This document shows positions 1 through 9,041 of a stretch of DNA of 64,000 bases, in pieces. This stretch comes from an uncultured archaeon (GTDB lineage Archaea > Asgardarchaeota > Thorarchaeia > Thorarchaeales > Thorarchaeaceae). The position numbers and the translations under genes are program-made. Positions within the stretch are counted from its first letter, which is position 1; each line of letters begins with the position of its first letter. Under the pieces are notes generated by a model that made no database searches, was not told the DNA's origin, and was given only the letters and a program-made list of their open reading frames with translations. The stretch lies in the NCBI GenBank assembly GCA_964458565.1, contig CAYWJO010000004.1:1-64000 (forward strand), written 5' to 3'.

Positions 1-540
1 AACGACCCTGGCGTGATGCATATTTCTTTCCATGAAGATCCTGAGTGGATGTATCCTCATGATGGCCATATCCAAGATATTGGTTTGGGTCCTGGGAGGG
101 GATATAACATCAATATGCATTTCCCGATGGATTCTGGTGACCAAGTGTACAAATATGCATTTGATGAGCTTGTACCTCCATTAATTGATTCTTTTGAGCC
201 CGATTTCATAATCTTCCTTCCTGGTCTTGATGCACATTATCTGGACCCAATCGCTCATATCATGTTGACAACTGATATGATCCGATATGTTACAGAGAAA
301 ATCCATGATGCTGCGCATCATTTTTGTGATGGTCGACTAGCGGTTCCTTCAGGTGGCGGTTATAATCCCAACTCATTTGGGTGGAGTTCTACAACAGTTA
401 TGTCTGTATTGACTGGAGTTCCATATACACCACCTCCTCAGAAACCTCCATTTGAAGACGATGATGAAACATGGTCGATTGTTCAAGATAATGTAGAACT
501 TGTCAAGTCACTTGTATTCCCAGTTTTAGGTATTGATTGA
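1..540 (+). CDS. Histone deacetylase/AcuC family protein, 5'-truncated
   Basis: Frame is open from base 1; motifs ISFHE, G.G.GYNIN, G.DAH..DP and GGGY. Confidence 0.9.
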   Translation, partial: NDPGVMHISFHEDPEWMYPHDGHIQDIGLGPGRGYNINMHFPMDSGDQVYKYAFDELVPPLIDSFEPDFIIFLPGLDAHYLDPIAHIMLTTDMIRYVTEKIHDAAHHFCDGRLAVPSGGGYNPNSFGWSSTTVMSVLTGVPYTPPPQKPPFEDDDETWSIVQDNVELVKSLVFPVLGID

Positions 541-587
541 AGAATGAAAAATGGTCCCATAAATCGCGAGACCAGTTTTTCAATTTT

Positions 588-1040
588 CTATTCGGGTTTC
601 TTCGCAGTTCTTCGTCCAAAAATACTGAGGATGACTCCTATCCATCCGAGAGATTGAAATGCAATAGATATGAAATTCAGTAATGGAGCTGCTGAACCTG
701 CAACCCATATTTCTTGAGCAAGCATGATAACGAGTCCTATGAGCGACATTCCCGCACCAAGCCCAATTACGAATCTTCCAGTGCCAAATCTTGCGGTGGT
801 TAATAATACGCCTCCAATAATTACCGCAATACCACCAAGTACTGCTATGGCAGTCAGTACATAGAGCAAGATTTCAATAATCGGATAAAATGGTTGAAGC
901 GCTGGAATTGTATTGATCAAGCTAAGCTTCTCAAAAAATCCTATGCTTCCTGTCCAACCTTGAATTATAATGAGCAAACCACCAATTAGGCAGAATAGAA
1001 ATGCATGCTTATTTTGCATTAGATACCACCACCATATCAT
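588..1040 (-). CDS. Small 4-TM membrane protein, unknown function
   Basis: Four Gly-rich hydrophobic segments; true start may be the ATG near 1019. Confidence 0.75.
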   Translation of the reverse strand: MIWWWYLMQNKHAFLFCLIGGLLIIIQGWTGSIGFFEKLSLINTIPALQPFYPIIEILLYVLTAIAVLGGIAVIIGGVLLTTARFGTGRFVIGLGAGMSLIGLVIMLAQEIWVAGSAAPLLNFISIAFQSLGWIGVILSIFGRRTAKKPE

Positions 1041-1115
1041 GAAACAAGCATCTAGATTAATCTAGCTACATATAATCTGATTTGATTACCTTCCAAAGAT
1101 TGCTATTGGTTAGTC

Positions 1116-1388
1116 TTAATCTGTTCTTCGAAGGATTCTGCTATATAATCCCATGAAGAATTCTCTCTTGGATATCTTCTCTCTGTTGATTGTGAAGAAA
1201 CTGGTCTTTATCCGATAGAGTCTACGCTTCACATCATCGTACTTGCGAATTCCTTCACTGTTAATAATTTTATCAAGTGTTGCCGCGACAGAATTTGGAA
1301 AATCATCGATATATTGTAAGCGTTTTAGTTGGATATGAAAGAGTGTACTCTGAAGAATCTCATCTCTATTGATTACTACGTGTGCCAT
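1116..1388 (-). CDS. Small basic hypothetical protein
   Basis: ORF track 1116..1418; ATG at 1388 (MAHVVINRDE) preceded by GGGGT is the likelier start. Confidence 0.6.
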   Translation of the reverse strand: MAHVVINRDEILQSTLFHIQLKRLQYIDDFPNSVAATLDKIINSEGIRKYDDVKRRLYRIKTSFFTINREKISKREFFMGLYSRILRRTD

Positions 1389-1543
1389 TGAAATAACCCC
1401 GTCAAAGGCATATTTCAACCGTGAATATTAAAGGATTATCATAAATATATCCGAGATTTCATGGTTTTAAGGGGAAAAATCCGAATTCCCTAACTGATGG
1501 AATTATAACCAACGTGATTGTACCCTAGTTTGGTGAAAGGGTA

Positions 1544-2239
1544 TTGCGAATTTCATCCATAATCGACATTAGCCTTGTTGATGTACCTGGAATTCCTGTT
1601 ACTGTCATATTTACAGCGGGATGCAACTATGATTGTCCTTTCTGCCAGAATGCCGAATTGATTCCGAAAGGTTCTGGAGAAGAAATGTCGATTGAAGATA
1701 TCGTCAATCGTTCTATTGGGCATCTTAGTCGCGGACACTGTATTACCGGGGGCGAACCAACAATCCACAGAGACCTGCCTGAGTTATTGAAAGCGCTCAA
1801 GGATAGTGGGAGTGGTCATTTGAATTTGAATACAAATGGCAGTGTGCCTTCGGTACTTGAGAAATGTTTGCCCTTTCTCGACTCCATATGGCTTGATGTC
1901 AAGACCGTTCCTTCAAAATACAGAGAAATAGCACGCACTAAGGTTGATCCGTGGACGAATGTTGAGAATAGCCTTCAGATGATTTTGGAATCAGATGTTA
2001 ATCTTTGGCCGAGAACAACCTATGTTGGTGGATTAATGTGTCCTAGTGATATTGAAGGGATTGTTAATTTATTACAGAAGGTAGGATTCCGAGGACGATA
2101 TCTCGTCCAGAATTATGTTGATTCGCAGGGAGTCAGAGAGGACGAGCGTCAATCACTCTTCACTTCTGAAAGAAGCGAATTTGATTATCTTCTAGATTTA
2201 GATGTACCAGAAATAGAAATAGAATTAGCTTGGCGTTGA
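1544..2239 (+). CDS. Radical SAM protein, anaerobic ribonucleotide reductase activase (NrdG/PflA-like)
   Basis: GCNYDCPFCQN (CxxxCxxC), ITGGEPT, LNTNGS; N-terminal SLVD.PG. Confidence 0.85.
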   Translation: MRISSIIDISLVDVPGIPVTVIFTAGCNYDCPFCQNAELIPKGSGEEMSIEDIVNRSIGHLSRGHCITGGEPTIHRDLPELLKALKDSGSGHLNLNTNGSVPSVLEKCLPFLDSIWLDVKTVPSKYREIARTKVDPWTNVENSLQMILESDVNLWPRTTYVGGLMCPSDIEGIVNLLQKVGFRGRYLVQNYVDSQGVREDERQSLFTSERSEFDYLLDLDVPEIEIELAWR

Positions 2240-2333
2240 TTTATCGTCACACAGGAATAACCTTAAAAACATGGTTCGGATTGGTCAGACTTGACCAATT
2301 GTTGAAGATTGGATTTCTAGGAGATTTAGACGC

Positions 2334-3074
2334 ATGTTTCCACCTCAATCGATGGGATATGACCGCGCAATAACTGTCTTCAGCCCTGAAGGAAGACTGT
2401 ACCAAGTTGAATACGCTACAGAAGCTGTAAGACATGGCCCTCTTGCAGTCGGGGTTAAGGGTACAAATGGTGTTGTTCTTGTTGGAGAGAAAAGGACTCC
2501 ACACTCCCTTGTGGATATATCTACACTGAAGAAGATTCTTCTAATCGACGACCATGTTGGAACTGCCATTGCTGGTCTCCATGCTGATGCACGTAAGCTG
2601 ATTGACCAATCCCGAGTTCAATCTCAAATCAACCGTTTGAGCTATGACGAGCCCATTTCTATTCAATCACTTGTTGTCAATATCTGTGATACAATGCAAA
2701 TGCACACACAATATGGTGGAGTACGCCCATTTGGAGTTTCTCTACTGGTTGGTGGTATTGATCATGATGGTCCTCAGCTTTACACAACTGACCCATCTGG
2801 TTCATTCTGGGGTTGGAAAGCCACTGCGATTGGAAAGGACGCTGATAGTGTTCGCGATTTCTTCCAAGAAAAGTATGATACCACGTTAGATCTTGATGGA
2901 GCATTATCTCTCGCTCTTGAAGGGATATTCAAATCCCGTGGCGCAAAGAGCGATGTCAATCCTGCAGAGAGAGCCAAAGAAATCGAGATTGGTATTATTG
3001 ATGATAAGGATAAGATATTCAAGATACTATCCACTGATGAAGTTGAAGCTATCCTAACATCGATGAATGCATAG
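2334..3074 (+). CDS. psmA: Archaeal proteasome subunit alpha
   Basis: GYDRAITVFSPEGRLYQVEYA signature; TQYGGVRPFGVSLL; TDPSG. Confidence 0.97.
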   Translation: MFPPQSMGYDRAITVFSPEGRLYQVEYATEAVRHGPLAVGVKGTNGVVLVGEKRTPHSLVDISTLKKILLIDDHVGTAIAGLHADARKLIDQSRVQSQINRLSYDEPISIQSLVVNICDTMQMHTQYGGVRPFGVSLLVGGIDHDGPQLYTTDPSGSFWGWKATAIGKDADSVRDFFQEKYDTTLDLDGALSLALEGIFKSRGAKSDVNPAERAKEIEIGIIDDKDKIFKILSTDEVEAILTSMNA

Positions 3075-3081
3075 AGTTAGA

Positions 3082-3969
3082 TTATCTCTGACACCTTTCA
3101 ACAAGTCTATGAATAATCATATCGGCGATATTCATTCCTGTTACTCGTGAGAGCGCACTCCATGAAGGTGAAGCATTTGCTTCAATGACATATGGTCCAT
3201 TACTTGATTCTAAGATATCTACACCTGTATAATCGAGATTCAAAATTTCTGCCGTCTTTATTGCTATCTCTTCATATTCTTCACTTAGAACAGTAGCTTC
3301 AGCCCTCCCTCCGCCATGAACGTTTGTTCTCCACTCCTCTTCACGCTCTTCTGGTAAATAACGATACATCGCACCGATGACTTTGTTACCTATCACAAAT
3401 GCTCGAATATCTCTGTCTGGTTTATCAATCATTTCTTGAACATACAGAACTTGTCCCAATTGATGGATAAACTTCATCGCACGGTAGGAAAGCTCTGGAT
3501 GGCCTGCTCTAATCGCACCCATGCCTCTTGCTCCAATGAGCGGCTTGATGACTACATCCTCAACTTCATGAACAAACTCAATTGCAGCCTCAAGATTTTC
3601 ACCGATGTACGTTCTAGGTACTTGGATTCCTGCTTTATTCAATGCAGTTAATGTTGCGTATTTGTCCTTCGCTCTTCTAAACGAATAAGCGGGATTCATC
3701 ACATAGATACCTGCATCCTCGAAATGTTCCAAGAGGCTAATACGAAATGTAATCTGATCTCCAGTTCCAAAACCAATTGTTCGAACGATGATACCATCTA
3801 AATTTGATATATCCTCTTTGTCCAAGTGAGTAAACTTGTTAGGAATCTCAGCTGCTACATCAGGAAGTCGGAACGGCTTTACTGTGTGTCCATTTGTTTC
3901 AGCCGCTTCGATGAGCGTTTTTGTTGCCCAATTATTTACATTCTCATGATAGCTGATTCCAAAATCCAT
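3082..3969 (-). CDS. RimK-family ATP-grasp alpha-L-glutamate ligase (MptN/CofF-like)
   Basis: VIKPL.G..G.G, YVQE.I, DIR.FVIG, WRTNV..GG, GVDILE, IEAN..P; start moved to ATG 3969. Confidence 0.9.
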   Translation of the reverse strand: MDFGISYHENVNNWATKTLIEAAETNGHTVKPFRLPDVAAEIPNKFTHLDKEDISNLDGIIVRTIGFGTGDQITFRISLLEHFEDAGIYVMNPAYSFRRAKDKYATLTALNKAGIQVPRTYIGENLEAAIEFVHEVEDVVIKPLIGARGMGAIRAGHPELSYRAMKFIHQLGQVLYVQEMIDKPDRDIRAFVIGNKVIGAMYRYLPEEREEEWRTNVHGGGRAEATVLSEEYEEIAIKTAEILNLDYTGVDILESSNGPYVIEANASPSWSALSRVTGMNIADMIIHRLVERCQR

Positions 3970-4088
3970 CTTTAGTTCACCGGCCTGTTTTCCACTTCGT
4001 GAAATCAAGTTAAGGCTTTGGACTGAATGAAGGATACAGGTTCTACTGCTCTATCTGAGCTCGAGGATGAGTAACCATTGATATTATT

Positions 4089-4742
4089 TCAAACTATACA
4101 CGGAACTGATGCAATCATATCTTCATATTTGTAATATTCAAGGATAAAGGAGTTGAATTTGAAGATGGGAATTATTGGTATTCCTTCATATAATTCTACA
4201 TCTTCTATTACCCACGTAACAAGCATTGGTACAAGTGAATAACTACCAGGTTTCATCTCACCTAATTTCATCGACAACGCATCAATTTCAGAACACAGTC
4301 TTTCAGTTCTCTTCAATTGCTTTTCCGCAGCTGTTTTGATAGCTGAAACTTTCCCTGCCCTAACACTCCACATCTTTGCATCAACGACAATGAGTGTATC
4401 ACCTCTAAGGCCAATTACATCTATCTCCATGCCTTGTCGCAACTTGTTCCCCCTGCGTCTAAAGCTTTCAATACATCGATAATTATGTTCTTCTAGAATT
4501 CCTGCAATGAATCCCTCGAAATCTTTCCATGTCAGGTGGTCCACTACTGATTCGATTCCCGATCCAAGTGTAACAGCTTGCATTCCCATCCTGATACGAA
4601 TTTTCCTATCTACCTTCCATTTGTTATTTTCAGACTCTTCAGCTCCAAAACTTTGAAGCAATCTGATTTGGGTATTCGAGATATTTTCAATTTCAGCTGA
4701 ATCTCTTGTTCTTTTCAGAATCTCTAAAATATCATTATTCAT
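4089..4742 (-). CDS. PD-(D/E)XK restriction-endonuclease-like protein (Mrr/NERD-like)
   Basis: LTWKDFE.FIA.IL, EIDVIG and VDAK motifs. Confidence 0.75.
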   Translation of the reverse strand: MNNDILEILKRTRDSAEIENISNTQIRLLQSFGAEESENNKWKVDRKIRIRMGMQAVTLGSGIESVVDHLTWKDFEGFIAGILEEHNYRCIESFRRRGNKLRQGMEIDVIGLRGDTLIVVDAKMWSVRAGKVSAIKTAAEKQLKRTERLCSEIDALSMKLGEMKPGSYSLVPMLVTWVIEDVELYEGIPIIPIFKFNSFILEYYKYEDMIASVPCIV

Positions 4743-4805
4743 TGCAAATTATAGTGGAGTGTTCTAGTTTATATCTTCAATTGCATCAAATATGAATGGA
4801 TTAAC

Positions 4806-5300
4806 ATGTCAGAAACTGCAGAAGGGTGGCAGAGAGTTCTATCAGCTTTTGATGATTGGATTTACTATGAGACTTCAGAGTTCGGACCCTGGACGAGTTA
4901 TTTTTCCCCTAATACACTGATGGGCCTTACATCTGATGAAAGGGTAAATTGGATGAAAAACATGCTTGATACAATTATTCCTGGAAGAGTCCACAAGTGT
5001 CAAGAAGCTGGGGTTGCTCTTGAAGACTTCCTACCTTACATGCCTGATCCCACAGCGCGAGATACAGTTCAATCAATGATTGACTTGAATGCGGTCCTGC
5101 AGGATTATATGCTGAGTATGAGTGACATCTTTTCTACAATGATAGAAGAGATCAAGTCTAATGATTTAGAAGAGATTGAATCATATCTTTCGTCCCTTGC
5201 TGAAACCGAAGAAGAAATTCGTCATCACATGAGCCTTTACAGTCAGGGATTTGGCAAATTGAGGTCTCTCGGTTTAGATATGCCTGATGACTTACTCTAA
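4806..5300 (+). CDS. Hypothetical acidic helical protein
   Basis: 164-aa ORF filling the intergenic space; no family recognised. Confidence 0.7.
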   Translation: MSETAEGWQRVLSAFDDWIYYETSEFGPWTSYFSPNTLMGLTSDERVNWMKNMLDTIIPGRVHKCQEAGVALEDFLPYMPDPTARDTVQSMIDLNAVLQDYMLSMSDIFSTMIEEIKSNDLEEIESYLSSLAETEEEIRHHMSLYSQGFGKLRSLGLDMPDDLL

Positions 5301-5393
5301 GAGTGGAATTGACGACGTAACAAAGATTTATTTGATAAACTAATCCCCTCTTTCATTACAGTATCTATAACCTAGAGGTGAAAAACGAAATGG

Positions 5394-5837
5394 GTGAATC
5401 CACAAATCCAGCCCATCGATATCAAGTCGACGCTCACACACGAGGTGACTACGAAATTAAACCCCGAGGTGAGTGTGTTCTCCAGTGGCCATAAGGCCAA
5501 TTTCACTGAGACTGCGTATACTGAGTATCCTTCTTTTGAATGTCTTGCGGAGTCATTCTTCAGATTAGCAGAATCTAGAATGAGTGACACAATGAAGCTT
5601 CTTTTGAAGATGTGTGCGCAACTACTAAGGTTCCATACACTCACTGTCACTGCTTTGGCAGATCAGCTCTCTCAGCGGAGCTCTGTACCTTACTCGACAG
5701 TAAAGTGGAATCTACGACTTTTAATGAAGCTGGGTCTGCTAGTTGGTGGTGATGCTGAGAATAGAGGACAAAGAGCGTTCTTGACGCCTGCCGCCTCTAT
5801 GCTAATTCACTATCTATCTAAAAGTAATGATATGTGA
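5394..5837 (+). CDS. Winged helix-turn-helix protein (start uncertain)
   Basis: C-terminal TVTALADQLS...PYSTVKWNLRLLMKLGLL...FLTP wHTH pattern. Confidence 0.7.
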   Translation: MNPQIQPIDIKSTLTHEVTTKLNPEVSVFSSGHKANFTETAYTEYPSFECLAESFFRLAESRMSDTMKLLLKMCAQLLRFHTLTVTALADQLSQRSSVPYSTVKWNLRLLMKLGLLVGGDAENRGQRAFLTPAASMLIHYLSKSNDM

Positions 5838-5866
5838 GAGAGGATTACCTCTCTCTCATTTTTTTT
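5835..5866 (+). terminator. Hairpin plus T-tract terminator
   Basis: GAGAGAGG-atta-CCTCTCTC followed by an 8-T run immediately after the stop codon. Confidence 0.6.
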
Positions 5867-5896
5867 CAACTTGAAGGATAAGGGTGCTGCCCTTCT

Positions 5897-5934
5897 CTCG
5901 ACCAATACAGCTGTGCTTTACATTTTGGTGTCAT
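5897..5934 (-). promoter_or_regulatory. Candidate SECIS element (eukaryote/Loki-type kink-turn core)
   Basis: Minus strand reads AUGAC-ACCAAAAUG-UAAAGCACAGC-UGUAUUGGU-CGAG: AUGA/GA core, ~9-bp helix, AAA in the apical loop. Confidence 0.6.
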
Positions 5935-6734
5935 GGAACCTTCTTGTCAAATATCTTCCATCCATCTTCTAGTTGAGAGTTGGCATCTTCAATAGTTTCA
6001 GCGGCAGACATGATAATTCTCACATTTCTGCTCTCCCCATTTTGAAGATCTCCTAAATTCCATTGAAGCCCAATTGCCACATCTCTGGGTCCTAGTTCAG
6101 ATGTTCCATTGAGGTCGCGTAGTTCCTCTGTGATATTCAGTTTTGTCGGTGATGCGACTGTCCAACAGTTAGGATTTGGGTATGAGTCTATTGCAACATG
6201 TAAAGGAGTATCATCATAAACATACATTATCCCCCTTTCCGAATCGAATTTTCCAAAATCATTTTTGTATGATTTTGGTCCACCAATATCGAAATCCATG
6301 AAGCTATAGACTCTCATATCTCTGATATTACCACCACTGATGTTAGTGCTAGAGAACCTCATCAGCATGTAGGGTTTGTTTCGGCTCCATGCGTCTATGT
6401 CGAATTTCATCTTGGGTTTTACATCCTCCAGAGGAATATGTTCGAGTGATACGCGAAGTAGGCCATCACTAGCTTCATTCTTCATCATCATGAAAGATTT
6501 GCTCTCAGTTGAAGAACTGAAACATGTTGTTTCATCTACTACATATGAGGTCCAGAATCCGCTTTTGTAATCAGCGGGATTCTTTAGCAACAGACGTTCG
6601 ACACCAGACCTGTCAATCAAACCAAGTCGTCTAACAAAGAATCCTTTGCGACCTTTTCCTCATGACACGCAATCGACATCATAGGAGATGTCCAATCGAG
6701 GGTAGTGAGTACCGGTTTCTAAGACTTCAGTCAT
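5931..6734 (-). CDS. Putative selenoprotein (267 aa; Sec at codon 25 in CxxU), beta-rich domain of unknown function
   Basis: ATG 6734 gives MTEVLETGTHYPRLDISYDVDCVS-TGA(6662..6660)-GKGRKGFFVRRLGLIDRSG..., in frame with track ORF 5931..6620; SECIS-like hairpin at the 3' end. Confidence 0.75.
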
Positions 6735-6889
6735 CTTTTTGTCACAGTCCTGTGCTATAACCATAAGGTTGATGGTTGGATTTAAATCTAGTTTCATATT
6801 CCTGTTTTATAAATGAAACAGCTTGACTAGGTCATAAAATTGATAAACTGTCCAATAGAGATTTTCACTGAATTTAAGGTGCGCACTAA

Positions 6890-8125
6890 ATGACTGAACT
6901 TACTCCTGAACAACTTCAGAAATGGTATCGTAACCAGATGAAGAAGAAATCAAAAGACTTCATCAAACAAGCAGAGCGGAGCTATAAAATTGTGGAGTCC
7001 GCGCTCAAAGATATAGAATCTGTATCTCGAGACCTGAAAGAAGCAGATGAAGACGAAGAAGGTGATACCATGACCATCGCAGCTAGATTCGCGCTTAAAA
7101 TTAATGATATTGTTGAGAATTTTTACGTTCAATCTGATATTACTTATCAGGGAACAGAAGCTTTGCAAGAAAATATCAATCAGTTCATCTCTGGACTTTG
7201 GGGTGCAGGAGCTCGATGGATTCGTCGACTGGATAAGAAACACAAGAACACCATAAAGCAGCTTGATATTTACATGAAGGAGCTGATGCGGGAAGTCAAA
7301 CGACTGGGTAAGCTTCTATATGAGTTCAGTTGGTTGAAAGACCTTGAGCGTATTGGCACCAGAATCCAGACACTTGAGGAGTTGAGTTTCAGTAAACAAA
7401 TCTATGAGGAGCAAATTGGAACTGTTAAACTTAAGATTCAACAGGCAGCTGCTGATTTCCAGAAAGCACAGGCTTCTTACCAAGATTTTCGACAATCATC
7501 AAATGTTGGAGACCTTCTCACTCTTGATGATGAAGCGGAGCATTTAGGTGCACTACTCAGAATGAAACTGAATCCACTAAAAAAACAGGTGAAGAAATTT
7601 CTCCAGAAAGATACGGGAGTTAGAGTTGCTCCCGCAGGTCAAAAGGCGCTGCTTGAATATTGGGAAGATCCCTTCACAATCATTGTAGAGGAACCCGATG
7701 GATATCCTGCATTGATTTCGGGATTGGAGGGTCTCAGGGAGGCTATTGATAAAGGGCGTCTGTCGTTAAAAGACCGCCTAGCTCGAAGAGCGATTGAAGA
7801 AATCGATGATCTCAAGGGGGGTTCACTACGAGAGATACAAATCAAAGCTAAAGAAATAGAGGAAAAACGACGAACTTACGCAGGTTCTGATGTCTATGCG
7901 AAGAATGATGCACTAGCAAAGTCTGTTGAAGAAGCATCAAAGAACCTTGATTATCACAAGAACGATCTTCTCAGAATTCGAGATGACATACAGCGTGAAT
8001 TGGACCGAGTTGAAGACTATCGAAAGCGAATTGAATCTGAAATATACGAATCCTTTGGAGCTAAAATCAAACTGATACTGGAAATATCCCTCGAACCCTT
8101 ACTTGCCAAGTGCATAGTCCAATAG
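6890..8125 (+). CDS. Coiled-coil protein, unknown function
   Basis: 411 aa, K/E/Q-rich heptad pattern; abuts dtdA. Confidence 0.8.
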   Translation: MTELTPEQLQKWYRNQMKKKSKDFIKQAERSYKIVESALKDIESVSRDLKEADEDEEGDTMTIAARFALKINDIVENFYVQSDITYQGTEALQENINQFISGLWGAGARWIRRLDKKHKNTIKQLDIYMKELMREVKRLGKLLYEFSWLKDLERIGTRIQTLEELSFSKQIYEEQIGTVKLKIQQAAADFQKAQASYQDFRQSSNVGDLLTLDDEAEHLGALLRMKLNPLKKQVKKFLQKDTGVRVAPAGQKALLEYWEDPFTIIVEEPDGYPALISGLEGLREAIDKGRLSLKDRLARRAIEEIDDLKGGSLREIQIKAKEIEEKRRTYAGSDVYAKNDALAKSVEEASKNLDYHKNDLLRIRDDIQRELDRVEDYRKRIESEIYESFGAKIKLILEISLEPLLAKCIVQ

Positions 8126-8962
8126 ATGGTAGTTTCAATGAAAATCTTAGTGACTTCTGAAAAAGACCCTGCGAGTCTAAATATGAAAGAGGTTTTCATT
8201 GATGAGTATGGGTTTAAACCAACTGAAGAAACCTTTGAAGATAACGTAGTATACTCTTGGAAACAAGACATCAAACTGATTACTTCTAAACGTGATATGA
8301 TTCACTGTGACCACTTGGAAGCGACCTACAATCCTGAGTTCTTCATCTTCTGCTCACGACATAGGGCACAATCTGGGAAACCTGCATTTCTTGTTCATAG
8401 CACAGGTAATTTTGGTGAGGATTCTTCTTTTGGAGGTAAACCATTCAGCCTATCTGTTTCTGCTCCTTCGATTGTTGCACAGGCATTACTGAGTCTGAAA
8501 CGAGAAAGAGATAAACGTGGATTAAATGAATTTGATGTCACAATGGAAGTCACACACCATGGTCCAACAGAGATGAATACGCCTCTTGTCTTTATCGAAC
8601 TAGGAAGTGATGAGTTCTTCTGGGAGCACAAAGATGGTGCTCAAGCAGTAGCTGCATCTATTATTGATTGCATAACCACTTCAAAAAACGAATCATCTTC
8701 AATTGGTTTTGGAGGGACTCATTATGCAAGCAAGTTCAACAAATTGATTCTTGAAAGAGGTGCTATTATTGGACATATCGCCCCAAAATATGCTTTAGAT
8801 AAGATACATCCGAGCGTGGTGAAGCAGATGATACTGCGATCCATGAGTGTAGTTGAAACTGCAATCATCGATTGGAAGGGTACAAATGCATCTCAGAAAG
8901 AGCATCTTTTTCCTATTCTTCAAGATCTTGGAATTGAAGTAATGAAAGCTAGAGACTTCTAA
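8126..8962 (+). CDS. dtdA: D-aminoacyl-tRNA deacylase (archaeal DTD2/GEK1 type)
   Basis: S..DPAS.N, SRH...SG.P...VH.TGN, EVTHHGPT, FIELGS, GFGG.HYA. Confidence 0.93.
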   Translation: MVVSMKILVTSEKDPASLNMKEVFIDEYGFKPTEETFEDNVVYSWKQDIKLITSKRDMIHCDHLEATYNPEFFIFCSRHRAQSGKPAFLVHSTGNFGEDSSFGGKPFSLSVSAPSIVAQALLSLKRERDKRGLNEFDVTMEVTHHGPTEMNTPLVFIELGSDEFFWEHKDGAQAVAASIIDCITTSKNESSSIGFGGTHYASKFNKLILERGAIIGHIAPKYALDKIHPSVVKQMILRSMSVVETAIIDWKGTNASQKEHLFPILQDLGIEVMKARDF

Positions 8963-9041
8963 ATTAACAAAGACACCATAAGCCTAAATACGGAGCATTT
9001 TACCCAAGAATTACATTCATGTATTACAGGTAGGGATTCTA

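Noticed and set aside
4089-4742. Restriction-modification or defence island
   Set aside because: A solitary nuclease-fold gene with no methyltransferase or mobile genes nearby.
5284-5310. Hammerhead-like CTGATGA followed by a stem
   Set aside because: No GAAA core or flanking stems I/III; it lies at the end of a CDS.
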